Below, one piece after another: positions 1 to 7,972 of a stretch of DNA of 64,000 nucleotides. The DNA comes from an uncultured Planctomycetota bacterium. GTDB lineage: Bacteria; Planctomycetota; Planctomycetia; Isosphaerales; Isosphaeraceae. The position numbers were made by a program, and so were the translations under genes. The stretch is from positions 96,001-160,000 of the forward strand of contig CAWGMQ010000004.1 in assembly GCA_963823665.1 (NCBI GenBank). Reading direction: 5' to 3'. A model generated the notes under the pieces. The model searched no databases and was not told where the DNA came from. It saw only the letters and a list, made by a program, of their open reading frames with translations. Every line of letters starts with the position of its first letter. The stretch's first letter is position 1.

Positions 1-1066
1 GGGCGGTGCCACCCGATCAATGGCCGCCTGTGCGACGGAGAGCCCTTCATCACCTTGGTTGGCCCGGAGCAGAGCCCACACGTGCCAGCGGTCGACCCAG
101 TCACGCACCGAGTGATGGACATCAGCGCGGCGCAGCGCTGCGAAGGCAGCACGCGCGCTTTCGCTCCCGCCGTCGGCTAGCTCCGAGAGAGCGAACCCCA
201 GCGTGATCCGAGCGGTTGTTTCCGAATCCAGGCCCTCGAAATCATCGGCCTTGAGCGTCTCGTCTTCCACGCCGAGCAAGCGGCGAAAGCCCTGGCGCGC
301 GACGCGAAAGCCCTCACCTCGTCCGTCCGGCGACAGCAGTCTCTCATAGAAATTTGCCCACGATGCGAAATAGACGGCTCGACTGGCGGACTGTGATACC
401 GTTCTGAGCTCGGCTTCGACTGAATCGCGCCGCGGGCCCGCGTCCAGACTGTCGGCCTGCTCATCGAGGCGCTTCACGTGGCCGATCAGCTCGTCGCGCG
501 CGGTCAAGCTCAGGCCGGCATTTGCCGAGACGGGCCAGAGCATCCGAACGGGCGGCGGCGTCCGAGGGATTACCCACCCACTTGAGAGCCTGCGGCTCGG
601 CCCGGTTGTAATCACCTTCGAGCATGGTCAGCCGAACCCGGGGTCCGCCGGCCGCCGGGTGCGCGGCAATTAACTTGTTCAGCCGCCCGGTCAGGTCGGC
701 CAGTTCCTTCTCTTCGGTGACCGCCGAAAGGCGATCGGCGTAGACCTGGGCGAGCCGGGCGGCGATCGCTGTCGTTGCGCTCAGCGCGCGAGGGCGCTCG
801 AGCTCGCGCTCGAGATTCCGAATCTGAAGCTTCGCGAGCCCCAGTCGCTCGAGATACCCGTCGAGCCGCTCGATATCCGGCGGCGGGTGATCCTTGATCT
901 GCGCAAAAAGACGACCGGCGCACGCGAAGAGCGCGATGAAAAGCAAGAGCGCCCGTCCTGCTCGACTACTAGCGCGATGGCTTGCCGGAGACCAGGAAGA
1001 CTGTCGCGAAGCCCGCATCTCGGCACGCCGCGACAGCCGAGGCCGTGTGGAGAAAAGGTCCATCAT
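1..1066 (-). CDS. Exported helical/TPR-like protein, last visible gene of the ExbBD-vWA operon; runs off the window; frameshifts near 497 and 105
   Basis: ORF 461..1066 has a signal-like segment (ALLLFIALFACAGRLFA). Sensible protein continues in another frame (RARDELIGHVKRLDEQ...AVYFASWANFYE) towards position 1. The true start may be near 1018. Confidence 0.55.
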
Positions 1067-1412
1067 GACTGATTCTCACGGAGATCGAACCGCCGAGCCG
1101 CGCCAGCGGCTCGAGCTGCTTTTTCAGTTCAAGCGCAGAGCCGGCGGTCTGGCCCCCGATTTGAAAATGAACGCTATCGCCCTGCGCGATGACTTCGACC
1201 ACAAGGGTCTCCAGATCCGGATCAGGTGCGACATCCGCCCGCAATTCGCCCGGCACGAGCTGCGCGTGCGGTTCCACCGGTGCCGGCACGGCGCCCCATG
1301 ACGCCGCGACCAGAACGGCAGCGATCACCGCCAGAAATGCCGAGGTCACCACCAATGACGAAACGGGCGCGCCCGGCGGCCAAGGCGGATGCGTGCGATA
1401 AAAAAACTGCAT
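969..1412 (-). CDS. ExbD/TolR-like protein (copy 2), atypical TM helix
   Basis: One N-terminal TM helix and a C-terminal ExbD-like motif (ISVRISHDGPFLHTASAVAACRDAGFATVFL); lies downstream of an exbB-like gene. Confidence 0.6.
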   Translation of the reverse strand: MQFFYRTHPPWPPGAPVSSLVVTSAFLAVIAAVLVAASWGAVPAPVEPHAQLVPGELRADVAPDPDLETLVVEVIAQGDSVHFQIGGQTAGSALELKKQLEPLARLGGSISVRISHDGPFLHTASAVAACRDAGFATVFLVSGKPSR

Positions 1413-1428
1413 GAAAACGCTCCACCGC

Positions 1429-1862
1429 TCAGCGAACTTTTGAATTTGAAGCTTCCGGACCGCTCGCACTGGCCGCCGCCAGGTCGACCAGCAACGTGCA
1501 TCGAGCTACGCCTGCGTCGCGCAAACGGATGAGCAAAGCATCGACCATGGCACCCGCGCACCGGGGTCAATGCTGAGCTCGACCCTTCTTTTTGTGCCGG
1601 AGGCGGCCACGGCGCCAGCCACGTCCTCGAGCGCGACTAGCGTGCCATCGCCTCCCACCGTGATCGCGCCGTCGGACGAGATGGCCAGACGCACGGGAAC
1701 TTCGGCCTCTTGTCCCGCCGCAGCGGGCGTGGCCGCACGGGGCGGCTCTCGCCCGGAGCCCAGCTTCCACCGCGCGATTCCTGCCAGTGCCAGCACCACC
1801 GCCAGGCCGAGTATCACCGGAGCGACTTCGAACACTTTCATAAGATTCTTGCGAAATGTCAT
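1429..1862 (-). CDS. ExbD/TolR-like protein (copy 1), frameshift near 1558
   Basis: MTFRKNL...TM...VRLAISSDGAITVGG...VELSIDPGA continues in another frame as MVDALLIRLRDAGVARCTL, ending at TGA 1429-1431. ATGA overlap with the exbB-like gene. Confidence 0.65.
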
Positions 1863-2475
1863 CGGCGCCCCAGTGGCTGGAGAATCAATTCCGCACGTCG
1901 TCCAGCCTCCTGCACGAGCGTGTCGAGCCGGGCGCGCAGCAAGCTGGCGGCGATCAGACTGGGAATGGAGACCAGCAGGCCGAGCACGGTTGTGCTCAAG
2001 GCCGCACCCGCGGCGGCGGCGATGTCGGCGGCGCGGGACGAGTCGCCCGCGGCCGCGACACGCGAGAGCGACGCGCCCAGTGAAAGCGCGGTTCCAAGCA
2101 CCCCGACGAGAGGCGCGACCGCACCGAGTGTTCCCAGCGCTCGGCGCGCCGGTACAGGCCATCCGCGAGCCCCTCGCCCTCTTCCTGACAGCTCGACCGG
2201 ATCTCGCCGGCGGTGGCATTCGGGTCGTCGCGGGCGCGCCGGATACCCGCGATGACCACTCGAGCCAGCAGCGACTGGTGGGCAGGATCCTCGGCGAGCC
2301 TGACCGCATCACCGTAAGCACGCAGCTTGACCGAATTCGCGAGAGCCTCCGCGGTCGCGCGGGGAACGATGCGAGCCTGGCGGACGGTGAAGAGCCCTTC
2401 GAAGAGGATCGCGAGCGCGACGACCGAAAGACCGAGCAAGAGCCACCAGACGACGTTGCCGCCGATCTCGCTCAT
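1859..2475 (-). CDS. MotA/TolQ/ExbB proton channel family protein, frameshift near 2140
   Basis: TM1 is WWLLLGLSVVALAIL. The rejoined sequence gives LGTLGAVAPLVGVLGT and ALSTTVLGLLVSIPS, the TM2/TM3 signatures of the family. Confidence 0.85.
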
Positions 2476-3764
2476 CGCGGAATCTCCTTCGCTTTCGGCC
2501 GCGCAGTCCGCTTGCGAGGCGAAGGCTCATCGGAGCGCGACGGCCGGCCCGAACCAATACCCTCGTCCTCGGGCGAGTCGCCGGCTTCGGTCTTCGATTC
2601 AGCGGTCTCGAGGTCTGCGGCGGCTCTGACCACGGCCGAGTCTGGTCCAAGTTCGGCGATGAGGCGCGCTCCGTGATCGGTCCCCCGGAAGGATCGCAGC
2701 AGCTCGATCTGCACGGCGCGCGCCGCAGCGGCGTCGTGCTGGCCCAGGAGTGCCTGTTGCGCTGCGTAGAGTGCGGCCGCGGCCAGGGCGCGCTGGTCGT
2801 TACCGTGCGATGCGGCGACATTGAGCAAATCGAGCACCCCATCGCTCGGGTTACCCTTGCCAGTCTCAAGCCGCGCGGTGCCGCTCAAGTAATCAATCAG
2901 TCCGCGGTTTGAAGGCAGGCACGCTTCGCGAAGCCGTTCGAATCGCGACAGCGCCTCGGTCTTCTGCCCGCGCACTGCCACTGCCTGCGCCCGTAACGCA
3001 TCCGCGATTTCCCCGACGGGCCGCGACGGCGAACCAAGCGCGGCAAGCTCGGCGTCGGCCGACGCGGCATCGCCCGCCGCCAGGGCCAAGGCGGCGACGT
3101 AGAGCTTGAGCGCCTGAGGGGGCGAAGGACTCAGCTTTCGCAGCCGCGCCCGCACGTGCGGTAGCGCGGCGGCGGCCCGGGTGCGATCGAATCCCACGAG
3201 GGCGAGATCGGGGCTCAGGCCCGTCTCCGAGTCAAATAACAACCGGCGACGACCGGGGAGCGATCCCAGTTCCTTGTTCGACCGCCGCATACTAGCACAA
3301 ACAAGGTACGGCTCGATCGCATCCTCCGATTGGTGGAGCGCCAGATTCGCCCACATGAGCGCCTGGGCCACCATGTAGGCGGAATTCGATCGCCGGTCTG
3401 CAAATCTGGCAAAGAGCGCCTTGGCGGGCTCCAGCAGCGAGGGATAGGCACCTTCGGCCAGTTTGGTGTGGATCTCGTGCAGCGGCCCGGAGAGCTCCTG
3501 GCGCATGCGATCAAAGCGAGCCTGGTCCCTGGATACGGTTCCGCCCTCGATCTCTTCCCAGCCGATCGGCCGCGACGCCGGTCCAAGCCGCACGCCGTCT
3601 TCATCGAATGAGTATACCTGTTTGTCCTTGAGCCTCATGCCCGGCCGCATGACCAGATCATCACCCGAGGCGAGCGGGGAGATCGCGATCAGCAGCCACG
3701 CAGCGAGTGGCTTCGCGAGCCAGGTGCGCCCGCCCGCGGCTTCAGGGCGACGTGAGGTCGACAT
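2472..3764 (-). CDS. Exported helical-repeat (TPR-like) hypothetical protein
   Basis: 430 aa ORF with a signal peptide (WLLIAISPLASG) and Ala/Leu-rich helical repeats; overlaps both neighbours. Confidence 0.7.
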   Translation of the reverse strand: MSTSRRPEAAGGRTWLAKPLAAWLLIAISPLASGDDLVMRPGMRLKDKQVYSFDEDGVRLGPASRPIGWEEIEGGTVSRDQARFDRMRQELSGPLHEIHTKLAEGAYPSLLEPAKALFARFADRRSNSAYMVAQALMWANLALHQSEDAIEPYLVCASMRRSNKELGSLPGRRRLLFDSETGLSPDLALVGFDRTRAAAALPHVRARLRKLSPSPPQALKLYVAALALAAGDAASADAELAALGSPSRPVGEIADALRAQAVAVRGQKTEALSRFERLREACLPSNRGLIDYLSGTARLETGKGNPSDGVLDLLNVAASHGNDQRALAAAALYAAQQALLGQHDAAAARAVQIELLRSFRGTDHGARLIAELGPDSAVVRAAADLETAESKTEAGDSPEDEGIGSGRPSRSDEPSPRKRTARPKAKEIPR

Positions 3765-4944
3765 GTCGATATGTCCCCTTCGAATCGGCGGCGATCTTGC
3801 GAAGCCAGGGCTCGGCGCTGCGGTCGACGAACGAGATGGCGTGGATCGGCACGACGCGGCGTGCGGAATTGAGCGGCGGAATCATTTCTGCGACCTCCGG
3901 CGCGAACAATCCGTCGGTCATGAAAAAGATGGCGTCCGGACGGGGATGCACCTGGGTGAACGCGATCTGAAACGCGGGGAGCGGATTGGTCGTGCCCCCG
4001 GGGTCCTGGCCGGCCATCCATGCCTCGAGACTGGCTGCGTCGCGCCTGCCGGAGAGCCAGTGCGTGCCTGGAAAAGGCACGGCTGTGTCGTCGTATAAAA
4101 TGACGTAAAACTTGGCACCGGACTTGAGTCCCTTGACAGTCGCGTTGATCTCAGCGACCAGCCGCTCGAACTTGGCGCCGCTCATGCTGCCGGAGCGGTC
4201 TGCGATGATCAGGAAGCGGCGGCCGGAGGCTTCGGCGCCCATGAAGGTCGCCTTGCCGGGCGTTCCCGCTCCCGAGCCAGTCGGGTCGAGCAGCAGCCCG
4301 GTCTTGGAATCGCCGCCCGCAAATCCCAGCGGAACAAGGAAGTTGCCGGTGAGGTCGTCATTGCGGCGGATCAACATCCCCAGGTTCTCGGCCGAAGGTA
4401 ATGCGGCGAGCGCCAAAGCAACCACGTCGGCGCGGTCCGATCCGACGAGCGGCCCCGGATCAAGCTTGCCTTCGCTCGGACTTGCAAGACCGAGCGGGGC
4501 AGGGGGGCGTGCGAGGTGAACTTCAAGGCCGATCGGGCCAGTAGCTGGGCGACCGTGGGCCTGCATGGCGGAGCCGACCGTGCGCGACAGTGACAACTGC
4601 AACGGCCGCGCCAGCCATCCAAGAAACGCCGTCACGACAACCGCAAGCAAGACGACCGCGGCCCGTTCAACCTTGCGGTCGGAGCGGAGCTTCGCGCTCG
4701 GTGTCTGCGCCGCGGGCCGCGCCGTCCTCGCAGGTGCTTGCCGTGCGACGACCGGCGCAGCGGTCGAGGGCGGCGGTGGCTGCGGCTTGGAAACGGGCGT
4801 GGCCGTCGGGACGGACGCTCTGGGAATTGGAGGGGGCGACGGCGCGGGCGCCGATTGGCGGCACTTCGGGCAGAGCGAGCCGGCTCCCGGCGCGCCGGCT
4901 CCGAGGTAATCGGAACCGCATCGCGTGCACGTCCGGACGTTCAT
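3742..4944 (-). CDS. Zn-finger / Pro-rich / TM / von Willebrand factor A domain protein
   Basis: N-terminal CxxC...CxxC, Pro-rich linker, one TM, then MIDAS elements DRSGSM, GGT and FFMTDG. Confidence 0.85.
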   Translation of the reverse strand: MNVRTCTRCGSDYLGAGAPGAGSLCPKCRQSAPAPSPPPIPRASVPTATPVSKPQPPPPSTAAPVVARQAPARTARPAAQTPSAKLRSDRKVERAAVVLLAVVVTAFLGWLARPLQLSLSRTVGSAMQAHGRPATGPIGLEVHLARPPAPLGLASPSEGKLDPGPLVGSDRADVVALALAALPSAENLGMLIRRNDDLTGNFLVPLGFAGGDSKTGLLLDPTGSGAGTPGKATFMGAEASGRRFLIIADRSGSMSGAKFERLVAEINATVKGLKSGAKFYVILYDDTAVPFPGTHWLSGRRDAASLEAWMAGQDPGGTTNPLPAFQIAFTQVHPRPDAIFFMTDGLFAPEVAEMIPPLNSARRVVPIHAISFVDRSAEPWLRKIAADSKGTYRHVDLTSP

Positions 4945-5035
4945 GGCTCAACCCCACAGATCGCAGGCCCGACCCAGGGCCCGCTTTTCTCCAGTTGAAT
5001 CCGATGCAAACCTGGCCCGGGGAACTGGTGCCGCT

Positions 5036-6217
5036 TCACTGGCCACCTACGGAAAGCGAGAACGGGAAATTCGGAAAAGGGATCTTCCGCGCGGTCACCG
5101 TGTAGGACCAATCGCCGGGCGCAGCGTCGGGGACGTCGATGGTGAAGGTCGAGGCACCCTCCTGCTCGAATGGCTCCGCATTCGGCCCGCGGACAGAGAG
5201 CGCCAGCCGCGCACCCTGGTTGGCGAAGCTGAGGACGAACCGGAGCGGCCGGCGCTTGTCGTTCTTGTAGGTACTGGTGACCGGCTGGGCCTCGCCCGAG
5301 GTGCTCAGGAGGCTCTCTTTCTGGGGAGAAAAGCCTCCAGAAATCATCATCTTGTGGGCGGCTGCCGTCTCCTTGGCAGTCACCGCGGCGAAAACCAGGA
5401 ACTTCAGCAGCTTGGTCTCGAGCTCGCTGTTGACCTTCTCGTTATGGAACGAGGTGAAGATGATCGTCCCACGCTCGAATGGAACCCTGGCGAGCAGCGG
5501 TGCTGTCACGCGCTCGCCACCGGTCTTGGGCCGGTATTCGCCTCTGAGAAAGAACGTTGCCTGGTCGGCTGCGAATCGCGCCGGCTTCCAGCCGGGAAGG
5601 TCGAACTTCAGCTCGGCCTTGGCCGTGCCGAGATGTTCGCGAAGCCCGTCATTGACGACCTCGGCCTGCACGGTCTGCGCGGCACCCTCGACGATATCCT
5701 CACCGTCGAAGAGCTCGGGGAAGCAGAGGTGAATGAGATTGAGCCGCCAGTCGGATGCATAGAGCGTGCCGCCGCGGCCGACGTAAGCGCGAAGCGCCTC
5801 GCGGATGCGTTCGAGCACCTCTTCATTCCACTTGGCGATATGGACCCCGGGACGATCGCCATCACCCAGATTGGTTTTGGTCAGCCACCGTTCCGCGTCC
5901 GTGCCGCAGGTGAAGAACACCACGTCATAATCGACCAGCTTGGATACATCTTCGAGCGCTTCGAGTGGAATGCGTGTGTACGAAAAGCCTGATCCGAGCT
6001 GGCCCAGGAGCTTACCCATGTCATCATACTGAGGCGGCGTCACGGCCAATCGAAGCGGCACTACCTCTCCGGGATCAGACACTGGCTCCGCAGTGATCTT
6101 CACCGCGGGCGGCGACCCCGACGTGCGACCTCGGTCTACAAGGAAAACGAGGCCGAGGGCGACAACCAGGGCGACGGCAACGGCCCCATCGAACGCAACG
6201 GTCCGAGAGTTCGACAT
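5036..6217 (-). CDS. Membrane-anchored protein with a class I GATase-like domain and a C-terminal beta-sandwich
   Basis: N-terminal TM; YDVVFFTCG and YVGRGGTLYASDW resemble GATase/ThuA-like folds; C-terminal APGDWSYTVTA resembles a PPC-like domain; GAGGAG RBS upstream. Confidence 0.6.
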   Translation of the reverse strand: MSNSRTVAFDGAVAVALVVALGLVFLVDRGRTSGSPPAVKITAEPVSDPGEVVPLRLAVTPPQYDDMGKLLGQLGSGFSYTRIPLEALEDVSKLVDYDVVFFTCGTDAERWLTKTNLGDGDRPGVHIAKWNEEVLERIREALRAYVGRGGTLYASDWRLNLIHLCFPELFDGEDIVEGAAQTVQAEVVNDGLREHLGTAKAELKFDLPGWKPARFAADQATFFLRGEYRPKTGGERVTAPLLARVPFERGTIIFTSFHNEKVNSELETKLLKFLVFAAVTAKETAAAHKMMISGGFSPQKESLLSTSGEAQPVTSTYKNDKRRPLRFVLSFANQGARLALSVRGPNAEPFEQEGASTFTIDVPDAAPGDWSYTVTARKIPFPNFPFSLSVGGQ

Positions 6218-6585
6218 GGTTGGACAGCTCCTCTACCCACTTCCGGTCGCGACGCCGCTCTGCGCTGCGGGCGATTCATCCCTTGGCGATCTTATACCAC
6301 ACCCAACGAGGCCGCAACTGCTGGAGGCAGACCGTGGACGAGACGCGTCCTTGACGCGCACCCTGACGAGCCGTGACAACCGTCGCGCGCCCGGCATTCT
6401 TGCCCTTCCTACGCATGTGATGGACAATTGGGTCGATTGCGGCAATCCCAAGCCGTCGAGATCGCGACTTGCTGCGCAAGTCCGGCAGACCGCGAGCGTC
6501 ATCTCCATCGGGACCAGAGCAAGCATTGCACCGGAGTTGTTGGCGGGGACGGCCCCGCACCTATCCAAATCGGGGAGCAAGATCG

Positions 6586-7950
6586 ATGGAGCCTTTCGTA
6601 AGCGACGACACGACCCGCGAAGGCGATCTCAAGGACTGGCAGGCGTTTTGTGTGGCTTATTACAATCCGATCATTCGGGCGCTCAAGCTACTGCGCGTGC
6701 CGGAAGGGGAAATGGATGACCTGGCCCAGTCGTTTATTCTGAAAGCCGCTCAGAAGAACTTTCTCGATAGCTTTCGCGCCTTCCAGGACAAGGAGGAGAG
6801 GGACGGCAAACGCGCGCGGTTCCGCACGTATCTCTATCGCTCGCTTCAGAACCACGTGCGCGATTTTTATCGAAAGAAGATCGCGGATACGCGAAACCAT
6901 CGATTGGAATCGTTCAATGCTGCGGAGCTGACGGCACCGCCTGACGCGGTGCTCCATCCGGATTCGATCTTCGCTCTCGACGTGCTTCACCAGGCGCTTC
7001 AGGCCCTGCGGCGGCATTGTGAGCGAAGCGGCAAGCCCCAATTCTGGATGTTCTTCGAAGAAACGTTGCTGGCCGACGAGTTCCGCGGCCGCCGCGGCAA
7101 GACCCGGCGCGAGCTGCTGGAGGCCTTTCCCGAGCTCGACTCGCAGCGAATCGACAACGCTGTGACCACTGCCAAGCGAGCTTTCCGGCGATTTGTCGAG
7201 GACCTGATTCCGCAGGATCCGCGCGACGAGGAACGACCGCGCGAAAAGTTTGACGAGTGGATGGCCATCCTCCGTGACTCGAACGCCTCGCAGTTCAACC
7301 TTCTGCACGTGGCCTATCGGGTTTTGCCCTTTCTTGCTCCGGACATGAGCCAGACGGCGTCGGCGGAGCTGCTGGTGCCCGCGCATGCCGATGAATCGCC
7401 GCCGTGCACCTACGAACAGCCCGTTCTGGTACCCGACGACGATGAGCTAGCCATCCTCCTCGGCTTCCGTCTGGAGCTGCCCCTTTCCGAGATGCTCGAC
7501 GCAGCCGAGCTCACCAGGTTTATTCCGCCGACAAACCACCTCTGGTCCTTCGCCCGGGCAAGGTCGGCCAAGAGCCAGGCAGCCGCCAAGCCCGCCCGGC
7601 CACTCTGCTTGCTGACGCTCATCGACCCGACCCCCGAAGAGGCCGAGGCACTCGAGGGGGTCGATCTCGTCGCACTGCTGGCGCGGCTCAAGCTGCTCGC
7701 GAAACAGCTTCGCCATCGGGGCGATCACTCCGTGCCCGAGGTCTTCGCACAGCTTCTTTACACGCTCGTGAGTGTTCTGGCGCACGTGAAGTGCGGCGTT
7801 GACTTGCACTCGGTCGGCTCTCCATCGCTCGCCCGCAACGTACGATGGTTTCAGAAACAGTCTTGGCTCGACGACCGCCTCAGGCCGCTCCTGGGCGTCG
7901 CGCTCGAATCGCTCGAGAGAGCGCCCGCAACGGGGATGGAGGCCAGCTAA
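6586..7950 (+). CDS. ECF-type sigma-70 factor with long C-terminal extension
   Basis: Sigma region 2 motifs (WQAFCVAYYNPI, DDLAQSFIL, RFRTYLYRSLQNHVRD), a divergent region 4, then about 230 extra aa; GGGGAG RBS before ATG 6586. Confidence 0.75.
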   Translation: MEPFVSDDTTREGDLKDWQAFCVAYYNPIIRALKLLRVPEGEMDDLAQSFILKAAQKNFLDSFRAFQDKEERDGKRARFRTYLYRSLQNHVRDFYRKKIADTRNHRLESFNAAELTAPPDAVLHPDSIFALDVLHQALQALRRHCERSGKPQFWMFFEETLLADEFRGRRGKTRRELLEAFPELDSQRIDNAVTTAKRAFRRFVEDLIPQDPRDEERPREKFDEWMAILRDSNASQFNLLHVAYRVLPFLAPDMSQTASAELLVPAHADESPPCTYEQPVLVPDDDELAILLGFRLELPLSEMLDAAELTRFIPPTNHLWSFARARSAKSQAAAKPARPLCLLTLIDPTPEEAEALEGVDLVALLARLKLLAKQLRHRGDHSVPEVFAQLLYTLVSVLAHVKCGVDLHSVGSPSLARNVRWFQKQSWLDDRLRPLLGVALESLERAPATGMEAS

Positions 7951-7972
7951 GACGTCGTCATCGCGAAAGTCG

